A stretch of DNA of 64,000 bases, taken from contig OX337231.1 of NCBI GenBank assembly GCA_946965045.2, positions 1 through 64,000 of the forward strand, in the 5' to 3' direction. The notes under the pieces are model-generated. The model did not search any database. It was not told the origin of the DNA and saw nothing but the letters and a program-made list of their open reading frames with translations. Positions 41,996 to 55,274 of this stretch are shown here, piece after piece (positions within the stretch are counted from its first letter, which is position 1; every line of letters starts with the position of its first letter). Made by a program: the position numbers and the translations under genes. Origin of the DNA: Epithemia pelagica (taxonomy: Eukaryota; Protista; Bacillariophyta).

Positions 41996-43429
41996 CTATT
42001 TGCGCGAAGGACGATTGTTGGGCCGCAAGTCAATAACAGTGGTTGAAAAGTGCTGTTGCACAATGAATCGTCGAAGGTCATTCATGAGTCGACTCCAGTT
42101 GCTTGCCGTAGTCAGAACAAAGTCATTGGCCTCCATGGCTATCACGAGTGAGGCCAATCCAGCCAATCCAGGCGTTCCCCTTTGAGCTTTAGTCATGTGG
42201 GCATTCCCACCGAACCCCTTTTGACGATATTGGGAAAACTCCTGTACATAGGGATCAACATACAATTTCCAATGCGATGGCATGTTCGCACGCATGGCTT
42301 GAACTGCAGTTGGATCTTCAGTGGCCAAAAATATGTGTACTGGATCTCCGTCCTTGCTGCTACCGCTGTGGTTGGTGTAAATGGGTATGCTGTCCGCCAA
42401 GTTTGTCTGGTTTGTGCCCTGAGACCCTGTGACTTGGTTTCTTAGTCGTTGTAGTTGGTGTCGTCGTCGTTGTAGAATTTGATGACAAGCATCAATGTAG
42501 GAGTGAATGCTTACTAAATCCATTTCTGTTCCTTTATCTCCCCACCGAATGTGTACGGTAATCATGTTGGGTGGCACAATGCCATGAGGTGGAAAGACAA
42601 GTGGGAGCCTCTCAACGGCAGAGTCGACTACTCTGGATGAAACGCTCGAAAACAAAAACTCCGTGGCCGATCCGACAAAATCTTTTTTGGTGAGATTTGC
42701 CTGTTGTAGCAAAGACCAACATTCGTCGCGAACTCTTCCATCTTGTTCAATCCTGAGTTGAGAGCGTGGAGGACGGCTCGTGTTGTCCTCCTTCTTGGCG
42801 AGAGCCTGCTTGTTCACTGTGGTACACAAATCCTCCGATCGTGGAAAGTAGCAGGTCATGGACGAGTTGTCGTTGACGGGACAACCGACTTGGCTCCAAT
42901 GAATCCACGGTCGAGGCGAGATGAGACGCTGACCGAGCTGCATGCCTCTGCATATGCCATAGGACCACAGGGTCAAATCGCTGCCAATCCCAGCTGCTTT
43001 GTTTCGCCATGGAAATATCGCCTCGGGGATGTCACAAGAACTTTGATGAGCGGCGATTCGTTTTGCCATGGGAGAGTGCAGGTCCAATTGAGTCCAATCT
43101 AGGCGCAAACCAGCAGAAGGAACCGGTAACGAATTTGCTTCCTCCCCAATAGGTGTATCATTCGTCATGTTTGCAGAAATGGACGGCCCCATCCCGGTGG
43201 GTGGATTTGTGGCAAGTGAAGAAGATGGATTGTTGGTTGCAACTGCACCCGAGAAGGACGAAGCTCGCATGAAAAGAGGAAGATTCACAATTTGACGGGT
43301 CTGAAGAAGGAACACCAACACAATAAGACCAAAAGCCATCAACCTAGCCTTGGTATAAAGGGTGGGAAACCCATTGCGGTTGATTGGACTGGACCGTGTC
43401 TTGATGAGCTCTTCTATCGGCGGCGACAT
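41996..43429 (-). CDS. Alpha-1,6-fucosyltransferase-like (GT23/NodZ-like fold) type II membrane glycosyltransferase
   Basis: N-terminal TM segment; ITVHIRWGDKGTE, IFLATEDP and DFVLTTASNWSRL motifs. Confidence 0.7.
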   Translation of the reverse strand: MSPPIEELIKTRSSPINRNGFPTLYTKARLMAFGLIVLVFLLQTRQIVNLPLFMRASSFSGAVATNNPSSSLATNPPTGMGPSISANMTNDTPIGEEANSLPVPSAGLRLDWTQLDLHSPMAKRIAAHQSSCDIPEAIFPWRNKAAGIGSDLTLWSYGICRGMQLGQRLISPRPWIHWSQVGCPVNDNSSMTCYFPRSEDLCTTVNKQALAKKEDNTSRPPRSQLRIEQDGRVRDECWSLLQQANLTKKDFVGSATEFLFSSVSSRVVDSAVERLPLVFPPHGIVPPNMITVHIRWGDKGTEMDLVSIHSYIDACHQILQRRRHQLQRLRNQVTGSQGTNQTNLADSIPIYTNHSGSSKDGDPVHIFLATEDPTAVQAMRANMPSHWKLYVDPYVQEFSQYRQKGFGGNAHMTKAQRGTPGLAGLASLVIAMEANDFVLTTASNWSRLMNDLRRFIVQQHFSTTVIDLRPNNRPSRK

Positions 43430-44181
43430 GGAAATCAACGAGTGCACACAACAACCGGAGAGAGAGTCGTTTGTCTCAACTCTCTTTTGACTCCCCAAGT
43501 GTACAAAAAACCCCTTTAACGAGACTGCTGAGACTATTGACTTGACTGGGGGTGAAGAGTGATTGGGTGGTGGGGCTCTGTATCGTTATCTTGTGTGGTC
43601 ATTCTCTACCTTTATCACTCGTCGTTCTACCGTCGTCGTGCCCTTCCCCACTCACTGAGGAGTGGGTCACTCGCCACACTCAGACAACCTAAGCCCGAAA
43701 ACTTACTGTACGTGGACATTTGATTTAGTCTAGTAATGTAGAATAGCCCGGGAAACGAAAAAGTAGGTGCTGGTTGTTGGTGCATCATTCGGAGTGGGAA
43801 ATTGGGAACATTGACTCTAAGTATTCTGTTTGAGTATTTTTAGAACAAGCACGCCTCGGAGTTTGATTAGCATGCAATAAATGTGGGAGGAATGATACTT
43901 CGACATTGAGCGTTTTAAGTCATCCGATATGGTTGTATGTGATCCCTTAAGTGACGGGGTTATTTACAAAGGATTAAAGATTACCTGGTGCGCCATCATG
44001 TGCAGGGCCAGCATAAGTCTGTAAGACTAATTTGGCTCACGACTACTAAGTATACATTAAGAGTACCGATCACTTAGGAAGACCGAAAAATACCTAAAGC
44101 GCGCTGGCACGACTCCTCGTGACAAAGGAAGCTAACATACTTTAATAGCCCCGGGGGACTCCTCGTCGCAGGGCGCTCCTC

Positions 44182-44303
44182 GTGGCTTAACTCCTCGTCG
44201 GGCAATAGCTTCTCGTCGTGGACTGCCCCCTCAATCCGCTTACGCGGATCTCACAAGGGCAGTCCACTCCTCGTCGCTATTGCCCTTCTTGGAGCTAAGC
44301 CAC
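44182..44303. other. Multi-stem inverted repeat interleaved with CTCCTCGT(CG) direct repeats
   Basis: Four nested complementary arm pairs (see findings). Confidence 0.7.
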
Positions 44304-44538
44304 TCCTCACACCCTAGCTCCTCCTCGTCCACCCTCAGCTATTAAAGTAGATTTACTAACCCCCAGTGGGGGTGAGTCATGAGGATAAGTGATCGAAAAA
44401 TAGGAGTTTGTACAAGAAAAGCACGACACAGATGCAACCACTCATTCTTACTGGGGGGTTGTCCCCAACCCACGCTGGCTGCGCTACGCATTTTTGCAAA
44501 TTTGCGAATTTTGAATGTTTTGTTTCTTGAGAGTGATA

Positions 44539-45981
44539 ATGATAACACACAAGATGACGAGATGGAATGGAAAAGAGAATAAGCTTGATCGGGACTGGAC
44601 ATGTAAATTTCGAAATTCCCGAAGAAAATGGGTATGGAGTGCCATTGTTCTATCACTTTGCTTGAACTCACTCACTCCAACACACCACAAAGAACCTATG
44701 CTCTGGATCCATGCGAACGGAACCAGCTTCAGAAGTAGTGGCAAACTCGGGGTGGACAGAAATAATTCCCGAATGGATCAAAGTGATGAAGAGGCCTTGC
44801 CCATCGGACCCATGTGCCAAGCCAATCCTTGGCCAACTGTCATACCAGCCCAAATTTATGTTTGTGGTTATTTTTTGCAAGAAAAGGTCGTCAGGAATAC
44901 TTATCCAGAATTGGATTCGCTCGAAACCATCCGCTTGACTCAATCGAATTTCAAAAACACGACCAAAAACGATGTATTGATCATGAGAACCGACAGACCC
45001 TGTGGCGTATCGCTTCAGCAGATGCTTCATTCGTTTCCGGGGATGGTGTTTCACGTCAATGGAGAGGCCTACGGAGGAGAGGTTTGGGATAGATATGTCA
45101 ACTCCATATCGTCACAAGACCAGTGGAGAAGCGAGCCCACCAAGTCGTCCTCTGCTGGTCATTCGACCCGAGGGTCAGAAAAGACTCTTTCCCATCCACC
45201 TCCTCGCAATCTTCATCTGGGATATGTAGCGGACTCAGAATACAGCGTACGGCTGTTCTATGGCAATATGGCTATCAGTATTGCAACACCAAAGGAACAA
45301 GAACTACTGTTTGACCACTCAAAGAAGCCTCGCAACACCGGAGAGGCCTTTCTCATTTATACCAACAGCAACTGTCACCCCCTAAGGGAAAAGGCGTTTG
45401 ATTCGATAATTACCGCAACACTATCCAACTTGCCCCAACCCCTTGCTCGTTCTGAAATGGCCCACAAGGGAGGCAAGTGTTGGGGTTACCTCAAGAATGC
45501 GTCCTTGGTCCGTGAAACTCAGTGGCCTTCGCCAAGGAGTGGATGGGGTAAGAACTACAAGATGTATCGGCATTATCGATTTTGCTTCGTTCCAGATAAA
45601 CGATACACGCCTGGATATGTAACCGAAAAGATTGTCGAAGCCTTTTGGGCTGGTTGTATTCCAATCTACTACGGTACAGAAGAAGTGTTTGATATTTTCA
45701 ACCGCCATGCCTTTATTTACTACAATATGTCAGATCCACAACCTTCCCTGGATCAAATTGCCCATCTACAATCTAACCAAATGGCCTACAACCACATGTT
45801 GGACCAACCCATTCTTGCGAACGGCACTGCAACAATAGAGCGCTTCTTTTTGTTGAAAGGAGATGGAATTGGCAAGCAGGGTTCGTTGAAACAAAAGATC
45901 CGTGAAACAGTGTGTGCACTGTCTGGCGATCGGAAGAGTGGAACTCATTCTTCCAAGAAAGAGCAAGCTTCTAGTAAATGA
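44539..45981 (+). CDS. Alpha-1,3/4-fucosyltransferase-like (GT10) protein
   Basis: YRFCFVPDKRYTPGYVTEKIVEAFWAGCIPIYYG corresponds to the GT10 alpha-1,3 motif; N-terminal TM segment. Confidence 0.75.
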   Translation: MITHKMTRWNGKENKLDRDWTCKFRNSRRKWVWSAIVLSLCLNSLTPTHHKEPMLWIHANGTSFRSSGKLGVDRNNSRMDQSDEEALPIGPMCQANPWPTVIPAQIYVCGYFLQEKVVRNTYPELDSLETIRLTQSNFKNTTKNDVLIMRTDRPCGVSLQQMLHSFPGMVFHVNGEAYGGEVWDRYVNSISSQDQWRSEPTKSSSAGHSTRGSEKTLSHPPPRNLHLGYVADSEYSVRLFYGNMAISIATPKEQELLFDHSKKPRNTGEAFLIYTNSNCHPLREKAFDSIITATLSNLPQPLARSEMAHKGGKCWGYLKNASLVRETQWPSPRSGWGKNYKMYRHYRFCFVPDKRYTPGYVTEKIVEAFWAGCIPIYYGTEEVFDIFNRHAFIYYNMSDPQPSLDQIAHLQSNQMAYNHMLDQPILANGTATIERFFLLKGDGIGKQGSLKQKIRETVCALSGDRKSGTHSSKKEQASSK

Positions 45982-47337
45982 CACGTTCGCCATAGCAAAC
46001 ACACACACACATGGCTGCCGAAAAAGACAACTCTGAAACATGCACAGCACATGATGTCATGGTCGACAAGGGGTGCTGTTCACCAAAGGGTCCAAAACGC
46101 AGACATGATGGCTACAAAGAATGTGGAAGCATACACATCACGTGGTGTGCATTGTCGATACTTGGTGTTTGGCATAAAATCGTGGAAACGTTACGGTTCA
46201 ACTTGTTCCACAGAAACAAACAAAACGGGGAGTCCATTTGAAATCAAACGAAGGTACCTGAGTGATGGTACTCGAGCGAGATGCACATAGAAACTCATCT
46301 ATGACACATTATTTCGTTTATCATCTGGTGACAACAAACTGACTTCAGCACGGTCGTAGCAAGATAGTTAACCAACCATTGGAAAGAAGGACAACTTGCC
46401 ATTCGTGAGACACGCAATCAAACATGGGCGATAACCTCCAGTCGGTGCATGGATGCGAGAACGACCCAACGCATCGTATCTCTGTGTCGAACCAAATGGC
46501 TCAGTTGATGTTCGACAACAACGGGATCACTCACCATGATCGATCAAGGATCAGTTGCAAGTTCAGTCGACATTGAATAACAGCCAACGGTAGCATCAAG
46601 CTTTCCCTCATCATGGCGCGTCATGTGCTACTTTTTGTGATTTCATCCTTTCGGATTTGCGTAGAGTTTGTCATACGAATACTGTGTGCAATGATTTCTG
46701 TGACGCTGAGACCATTAGGCCACATATCCAACAACATTCACTATCCGTACTCGCATTTGGTCGCATTCCGCTGCCTAGGAGGAAACACTTTGGGATCATG
46801 GAGGATCTCCGTTTCGTTCTTTTCGATTCATGCCTTTGGTTGCTGCCTTGATTTTGCAGGGTACCACAACCGCAAACTGTCGCCTACAGTCCAGTTGCCA
46901 CATGACCATGACTGACCTGCTACTGCGTTGGTACACAACGCAGGCCACATGGCTTTCACGAGATCTGCTGGATGCTGAAAGATTCGGGCCCACGCATCTG
47001 GGGAGGAACTGGAACGTACCAATTCCCGATGTCGTCTACAAAATGCTGCAAACTGGACAGTGTTAATCAAGCCTGTTCATGTCGAAGTACCATCCATTCA
47101 GTATATGAGACAAATAATTGAAGGGCTAAATACTAAAGAATCGAGACGATTTGAACGCAATGCATTGGTAAAATACAAGGACATCGTCAATCGTAACGAG
47201 CAGAAAATAGAAAAAGTGGACAGGTCCACTCGCCCCACGGCACGGAGCCTCACACAAGACCCCCAAAGGATGATTGTCCAAGAAACCAAACATGAGTACA
47301 AGCAGCAACATTCTGTTGTTGCATGGTCTGTCACATT

Positions 47338-48168
47338 TTATCCTTCCAACGGTGTCGTTGGAGGACAGACGTGATGTGTGATATCGGCAATCGAGGAACA
47401 TTTTCGAGCAATGGCCGAGAGCAACCCGGACCGTCTTCGTGTACGACCCGCATGCTGCTTGAAAAGGGGTCCACTTTTTTCTTCGTCGCACGTGAGGCAA
47501 TCATTGAGAGGACAGAACGGCGGTGCACCGTTGTTAGGTTTGTCTAGCAAATCGTTGAGGGCGCAAGTCAAGGTGCATTTTCGACCAATATGGCGGGCAT
47601 TGTCAGTCCATATATCGGCACAGGGCTCGGAAAATCCCAAATCCATAAAACACTCGACGCCTTTGTCGTGACTGACCAAGGTGCGTGCCCCACACCGTGT
47701 ACCAAAAGTGGTCAAGTCCATGTACTCCAAATACACGGCCAAATCAGACGTCGTACTGCAGGCACCGCATTCTCCAAGATGAGTGACAAAGGCTCCAGCC
47801 TCTTCGGCCACCGTTCGACTGGCGTAGCTTTGCAACTTGTAAGTCGCACAGTTGACGTCATCGTCATAATGCAAGCCACAAACTGCGTCGTCTCCAAGGG
47901 CATTATTCGGAGGATCGTATTCGCAAGAACTGTCCACATAGGGATCGCAATTCAGCAAGGGGAACGCATTTGTGGCTTTTTGGTCACGCAGGGCTTGCAA
48001 AAAGTCTTTGGAATAATTGCTGATCGGAGCCGGAGACGGACATATGAGTACATCACCGTCCAAAATGCAGTGACAATCACCACAGGATGCGACTGGTTGT
48101 GGATCATCGTCGTCTCCTTCGTCAATTACGAACAAAACCAAAATAACAATACCCGCGATCAACGCCAA
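47338..48168 (-). CDS. Cys-rich membrane-anchored hypothetical protein
   Basis: 276-aa ORF with a hydrophobic N-terminal segment and about 20 Cys (CGACST, CLTCDEEKSGP, GRTRRRSGL). A possible upstream exon lies at 48229-48444. Confidence 0.6.
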   Translation of the reverse strand: MALIAGIVILVLFVIDEGDDDDPQPVASCGDCHCILDGDVLICPSPAPISNYSKDFLQALRDQKATNAFPLLNCDPYVDSSCEYDPPNNALGDDAVCGLHYDDDVNCATYKLQSYASRTVAEEAGAFVTHLGECGACSTTSDLAVYLEYMDLTTFGTRCGARTLVSHDKGVECFMDLGFSEPCADIWTDNARHIGRKCTLTCALNDLLDKPNNGAPPFCPLNDCLTCDEEKSGPLFKQHAGRTRRRSGLLSAIARKCSSIADITHHVCPPTTPLEG

Positions 48169-48697
48169 GCAAAGACAACATACAGTGCACCGACAAAATA
48201 TGCGTGCCGCTTTTCCCAGGAGAGTGCGCTATTGAGAAGTTGCGTCTCCTGCCGCACCTGTATCCGCCTCAAGTTTCTTGCTGCTCTGCCTGCTACTGGC
48301 TCCAAGACTTTTGGACGACGACACGGCTTCTTTCGTTGCTTCCTTCTTTGTCGAACTCACTTCTGAACCAGTCTCAACCATGCCCAATTCATGTTCAATC
48401 TGATCACTCGCATCCGCTTTGGAAGCCTTCGTTTTGTCAACCATGTATCAATCTCCTCCTTTGCTATTACTGAGTTCGAAACATATACTGTCGACCTCAC
48501 CGACGTATTTGTATGGAGACATGGCAGCCTCATTTGTTGCCTTCTTGTGTGGTGCACTGCAGCAATGGAATCTATATACAGCGTTTGTTTCGTGTTTTCA
48601 TTCCACAATCATCTCAGTTCCGGTTCTTTTTCATTCCGCAGCCTCGCAAGAATGGAGCGAGCGAATGGAAGCGGTCTCTCTCCGTAGTCCGTATTGT

Positions 48698-48888
48698 TGT
48701 CTTATTCTACCTGATAGAATCCGTTCCAAAGAAAGACTAAGATAAGCGTTACAACTACATCCAACGCATAAAACCAGTAAAGTGGTAACCGATAATGTCC
48801 GTACAAATTTCCCCCGGCCATAAGGCCCAATCTAGGCCCAATCTACGTCATGCTGACGTATCAATCCCGTATCGACCAGAATGAGACA
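48698..48888 (-). repeat. 3' LTR of Copia 1
   Basis: Direct repeat of 55084-55274. Confidence 0.95.
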
Positions 48889-48931
48889 GTCCCCGCCAGT
48901 CAACATGCCATGGAATTGATGACTGGCTCCC

Positions 48932-51900
48932 TCAGAGGGCGGAAGGATTGATACCAGCAGTGGACATAGAAGGTGGACCACTGGACCCAAAAGCCGAAGA
49001 ATACGTAAACTGCGAAATCAAGTTGTTCCGCCGCTCCTGTGGCAGGACCTTGGTAAACAAGTCTGCAATATTGGATTCGGTATCTTCCTTGCCGACGCGG
49101 ATAATCGACGCTGCAGCCGCCTCCCGCACCGCATGATAATTGATAGCATTATGCCGCTTGCTGAGAACCGAAGAAGGCAGACTGGTGTTCTTCACCACAC
49201 CACGATTGTCACAGAGGACATTGGCTGGCCCGGCCAAAGGAACCCCGAACATCCGAAGTTTGTAACGCAATGCAACAATCATCTCCTTGGCGATCCGAAG
49301 AGCAACGAACTCGCTCCCAAAACTTGAAGTCTCCACGGTATTTTGCCTCTTCGAGTACCACAAGATGGGAGCATTTTGGAGGAAGATTAAGATCCTGGTG
49401 TGCGATCGACGAGTCACGATATTCCCGGCGTGATCGGCATCAACGAAACACGTGATAGTTATGGGCCGTCCTAACGCCAGCGGCATATCGGACGGAATCT
49501 CTTCAGCAACATCCCCATAAAACTCTTTCCATTCGTCCAATGGAACCTGCGGGAAACAAGATTCATCCAGCACCACATCTTTTGGATCGAACACCAACTT
49601 CAGCTTGGGATGTGTTTTGAGGAAGGCGAATATGTGATACACCGCTTCGAGATGCCCTTCCCTTGGATTCGCTAAGAACTGCGACAAGATCGAGACCTCC
49701 AAATAGACGTCCACACGACCGAGCTCCACTGCCCACCTGAGAATCCCAATCAGCTGTTGATCTCGTGAGGTGAGTCTTGCGTCTAGCTCTGGGCTGGTAT
49801 CCAGTTCAGGCTTGTACGATGAGATGACGGGGACCCGTGCCGTGGTCTTCAAATGTTTGCCGTCCCCGTCCTCCTTCAGCAGGTCTTCGACGATCCGAAT
49901 GGCATTGGACACATACTTTTCACTGGACATTCCCCATGCCCAGTCACCACTAGGTAAGTTGTGCTTGTAAATCTGCGCGCCCAAATATACAGTCGGCTCA
50001 CCCACGCTGCCTGCCTTGATCTTGTAATGCCGGTCGATCTCGTCGATTACCGGTTGTGGGTCATCACTGACCAGCAAGATGTCATCCACATATACTAAAA
50101 TAAGCTCGTAGTATTCCTCTCCCGATGCCTTTCTCGCCTTCCTCCGTAGGACGCATGCATCCGCTCTAGTATCGACAAAACCCATGTCATAAAGCGTGAC
50201 CATGAGCGTGGCTCTCCAACTTGCACCCGATGACTTGAGCCCGTATAGCGCTCGCACCATGACACAAACCTTGCCCTGGAACTCGTTCCCTACCTCAGCT
50301 CCGCCATGGAACCAAATCTTCTCCCTGCATGGTGCATTCAAGTATGCGTTCCCGATGTCGCATGCCAACACTTTCAGCCCATTTAGTGCGGCAATGAGAA
50401 AGGCAACTCGGATAGAATCTCGGCTGACGACACTGGAATATGTGAGGCTGGACGGCGCGTCGGTCATATGGCCACCAGCCACCAACCGCGCTTTCCTCGT
50501 CAGGTCCATTTTTACGTCGAAAACCATATGACATTTAATTTCCGTGTAGCCAATGAGCTGTCGCCCGGCGCGTACCTCGTCGATGTCTAAGTCATCCCGT
50601 GCTTCCCATGCTACCTTCACTACCTTGAGTTCCTTGTTGATAGCGTCCCTCCAGAACGTAGTTCCAGTTAGTTTGTCTATCTTTAAAGCTTCTTCCACCG
50701 AGTGGGGTAGTTTTATCCCATACTTCTCGGTGGTCTTCCAGTATTTTTTCTTCACCTTCTTTACCATCCGGCGCATGTGGTTGAGCGTCTGTGGGACCCA
50801 CCACTTGAACGCCGGTTCCTCCACGAGCCCTTGTGCGACCGCGTATTCTGCCAACTCGATGGCGTACCCATTTTTCGCGTCCCGTAGAGGTATCCACATC
50901 TGTTTCCCATCGCGGCATTCGACAGCTATTTCCCATCCCTTGGTTGTTCTCTTCGGGTGTTTGTTACCATTCTTGCCTTCATGGTACCCATCCTCAACCC
51001 TCACGGCGTCCCCGTTTTTCCTGTGACCGACTACCTCTTGGATCACCAGAAACCTTTTCCCTTCAGTATCCAGTTGAGAATATAAGTTCTCCGCCACCAG
51101 GTTCGCCGTGTATTCCTGTATTACTCCACCTGGGAATCCTACTTGGTAAGTCCTGGTGTCAAATCGTGGGTTGCGATGCGGTTTTCCCACAGGCTTCCCG
51201 TCTAACCCTTACTGTCTTTTCACTACCGTGCCGAACATTCGCTCGCCTCCCACTTCGACTTGTATCTGTGCCCCAATGTACTCGTCGTGTCCTTCCCCAT
51301 GTGCGTCAGCATCCTTTGTTTCCTCCACCACCATATCTCCGTATTCCTCATCAGACGGGACGATCCCGATCCGTCCCCGTCTTTCCTCTTCTGACTCCAA
51401 ATCCTCCATGTCCTCCAAGTAACCTGGTCCTTTCCCTTCCGTGTCAGTGAAGTTCCGGTCATCTAACCTCTCTTCAACAATCAACTTGAACTGCTTAACC
51501 TTCTCGGCGATTTCTGGCTTCAGCATATCGTCGTCTGTGACGTGCTGGACTGTTGTCCGAGCGATGACCTTGCCGCTTTTGGTCAACACCCAATAGCAGA
51601 GATCGCTGCCAATTCGGTGAGCGATTCCCAACCAGTATCCCAATTGAGCATTGTCGTCAGCGGTATCAGTTTTCACGTTGTTGTGAAACCAAACTAAGTC
51701 AAAAAAGGAAAAATCAATCCACTCCAAGATGTCGGGCGTATCTCCCGAGAGTCGTTCCAACCCGGTTCGGCCGTCTTGTCCCCGAGCGACTCGACTGAGT
51801 ATGCCCGCTTCATAAACGAGGCCAAAATCCCACAGTCGCTTGGGCACATGCAAGTCAGTGGCACGACGGTGCCATCGTTGCTTCAACAATCCAATTTCGC

Positions 51901-54900
51901 GCTCGGCGCGATGATTTTGCTTTCCAGTGTGACGTTCCGTCCAGTGGATGTCCACACGGTGCATCCGGACTAACTTCCGGAATAGGGTGGATTCTCCAAA
52001 CTGCTCACCCGCCATATCCGCGGTGAGCTTGTCCGGGATCCCAACGTCGTCGATAAATTGCGCGAGCGCCTGTCCGACTTGTGCCTTACTAGGTAGAGGG
52101 TAAACCGCGGTAAAGTGTCCGTCCGTAAACAACTGAGCACATTTGTTTCCGGACAAAGACGTCGTCTTGGAGAACAATGTGTCCGTATGAAAGCGTGTGT
52201 GGAGGCGATTCCGGTGTAATGCTAGATTGTCTACCCTGTATCGCCGCGTGATTGGCGAGATAGCCGTGCGGATCCCCTGTTGGGTGGTCACTCGGAGGGT
52301 ATTTCGAGCAGAATCGAGCCCGATGCGCCACTTGCGACTGAGACTCTCCGCAGTGGCCGAGCCATGCCGCGAGCTCTCGACTTGTTTAACTCGCGGACGA
52401 GAGGCCAACTCGCGTGTAATTCCTTCCGGGGTCAAGGCGACAGAAATCTCCCCAATCCCGGCCATGCTCGGTCCATACGTTTCCAGATATGGGCTTGCGT
52501 CCTGGACTGACAGGTCAACCGTGTGGGGATCCCACATTTCTTGACGTGTAACAGTAACAGAAGGCATCTGTTCGATGTCTTGAGGACTTGGTGCTCGGGA
52601 CTCAAAGTACACCGTCGTTCCGTGTAACTGAAACGGGATGTGAAACCCATCCACCCAAATTCCGAATCCTTCACGATCCTTTCTCGTCGGGTCGTCCCGA
52701 ACATCGTGCCCAGCATGGCGAATCTGGTTTTGATTCAACAATGTTTTATCCAACTTATCCCCGAACCACAACATTTGGTGTCCTATCACTACGATTTCTA
52801 AGCCAGATTTCGCCTCCCTGACGACAGTGGCACATGTCGCCACTGGCACCGAAGATTTTCCCACCTGGTTGCCTGCAAAATCGTTAACGGTACACTCCAT
52901 CCCCGTTGTCTCAAGCAGAGTCCAATTGCGCCCCGCGCAACATGTATCCGCCATCGTGTCCATTTCGTTCCTACCAAGGGTTCCCGCCTTTCCTTGTTCC
53001 AACAACCAACCCTTGGCGACTTGACCAACGCGTCGCTGTGGCCCGCAATGGACGACCGCCATTCCCCGATGGCCATTCCCAGTGCTTCCTGCTGTCCCAG
53101 TGTTTTCATCTCCGTATGCCCCATTCCCAAATCTTCTCCCGTTTGTACTTCCCCTTTCTCGTTCCCCTTGTGTGGCTGTGCCAGTTTCCGTCCTTGTGTC
53201 CTGATCGTTGTTGGTGATATCGGTGATAATTGACTGGTCCCCACCAGTCTGGATCTCAGAAATGCCACGACCATTTCCACGGCCTGCACCACGACCCCCA
53301 TGTCCATGACGTCCCCGACCACCGAGACCGCGGCCGCCGCCACGACCACCATGAACACGAACCCGTGCGCGTTCCTGGTGAATATAAGCTTGCCCAGCAG
53401 GGCCAAGGGTCGCCATTTCTTCGCTTGAAAAACGACGAGTGACGTCGGTGACATCAACACCGTAGAAGGTGTAGATTCCGTTGGTTTGCTGGAGTCCAGT
53501 AAAGTTCCGTGGACGGTTGGCGGGGTTTGAGGTGGTTTCCGATATGAAGCGGTGACGGCCTTGGTTACGTCGATTACCGCCAACGGCGACGTCCGGATAG
53601 ATATCCGATATTTTGCGTGAGATATACGCAATGGCCCCTGGTAAGTCCGTGCGATGGTTGCTTCGAACGTACGACTTGATGACAGCGAACTCAGCCGTTG
53701 CAATCTTCATGTTGTCAATGAGAATCTTGACTTGGTTCGATGCCGTGCGCCGATTAGGGGTATTGTCCAGGGTACGAAAAGCCCGCAAAAGTTTTGCAGA
53801 GTAAGCATCAAAACTAAAGACGCGTTCGTTTTGATATAAGACCGTCTCTAGGATGGCCTCGGCCTTGGAGATACGCCGTTCCTTTTGACCGCCGCCATCG
53901 AAATGATCCACGAGTGCAAGCCATGCACGGCGTCCATCTTGAGATGCCTGGTACGGCTGGATCCAAGTGGCAGGTTGATCTTTCACTAGATCACTCAACA
54001 GCCGAAATACCTCCTTGTTATCTTCCTTGTAGTAGGGGCCACCTAGAGGGTAGCTATAGAGCTCTTGTTCCCTAGTACTAGCAAAAACGTGAGTCGGAGC
54101 TAGGTCCGGACGGATCACATAGTCCAATGGGGCCTTCTGTTTTCCGTATATGTGAGACAGATACGTGGGGAATTCTTGACTCCAATCTTCCCAGTCTTCT
54201 TCCTTGAGGGCGGAGGGCTTAATATCTGGTGCGGAGGATTTTTCTGCCTGGATTTCCATGGCGTCCAACGATTCTGCCAAGACTTCCGTGGTGAAATCTC
54301 CATAGTTAAGCGGACGACCCTGTCGACGCGCCCGTGCCGACCAGAAACACATTCCTTGAATGTTCTTGACGACACTTGTAGGGATGGCGACGTTATGCGG
54401 GTAAGGACGTTTCTCCAATCGCGACGCTAGCTGGGTCACGTCATCCGATGTCATCCTTCCGTATGACTCTAGAGTATTAAGCCGTTCCGTGTGTTCCAAG
54501 GCATAAATCTCGAAAGGATTCGCGCCACACACGGATAGGGCCATTCCGACTGCAGAAAGTGGCGGTGGTGGTGGTGGCACGCCTGGAGGTACTCCACCTC
54601 CGCCTCCTCCTCCAGCGCCTCCGCCGTCGCCTCCTCCACCTGCACCATGCCCTCCAGCACCTCCTCCGCCAGGGGCGCCAGGTCCTCCCGCCCCAGCTGC
54701 TCCTGGCACTCCTCCACCTGCACCGGCGATGCCGCCGGCGCCTCCTGTTCCTGCGGCACCTGCACCTGCAGTGCCCGTTCCAGACGCGCCCCCTGGCGCA
54801 GCTACTCCTGGAGCCGTTCCTCCTGCGGCCATCCCTGCCGCGCTTCCTCCCGTTCCCGGTGTACCTCCGGGCGGGTCACATCCTCCCGTCGGTACCGTAC

Positions 54901-55045
54901 TCGTGCCATGACGTGAAGTACGGCCCGTGGCTCCAGGGTTCCCACTTCCACTTCCACTCCCAGTTCCGCTTCCGCTTCTGCTTCCGCTTCCTCCGCTTCC
55001 GCTCCCGGTTGCAGTTTTCGTATTCGATCGCGTCGATGTAGCCAT
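48932..55045 (-). pseudogene. gag-PR-IN-RT-RNaseH polyprotein of Copia 1 with one in-frame TAA at 51209
   Basis: The two listed ORFs are in frame (..VKRQ*GLDGKPVGKP..). Motifs: EMDTMADTCC (PR), KARLVAGGH, LVYVDDILL (RT) and CFVDADHAG (RNaseH). Confidence 0.9.
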
Positions 55046-55083
55046 TCTTCGTTATCCTTTACCAGACGGTGGGTCTGATAAAC

Positions 55084-55274
55084 TGTCTTATTCTACCTGA
55101 TAGAATCCGTTCCAAAGAAAGACTAAGATAAGCGTTACAACTACATCCAACGCATAAAACCAGTAAAGTGGTAACCGATAATGTCCGTACAAATTTCCCC
55201 CGGCCATAAGGCCCAATCTAGGCCCAATCTACGTCATGCTGACGTATCAATCCCGTATCGACCAGAATGAGACA
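55084..55274 (-). repeat. 5' LTR of Copia 1
   Basis: Followed on the minus strand by the PBS. Confidence 0.95.

Larger units (their letters stand above)
48698..55274 (-). mobile_element. Full-length Ty1/copia (CoDi-like) LTR retrotransposon 1
   Basis: 191-bp TG..CA LTRs at 48698-48888 and 55084-55274 that look identical by eye. 4-bp TSD TTGT, PBS GTTTATCAGACCC, PPT GGCGGGGAC. Confidence 0.95.

Noticed and set aside
46600-47370. Short ORFs between the GT10-like and Cys-rich genes
   Set aside because: Fragmentary, with no motif I can identify.
54560-55045. Gly/Ala/Pro-rich stretch resembling collagen or a structural protein
   Set aside because: It is the low-complexity N-terminus of the Copia 1 gag ORF, inside the LTRs.
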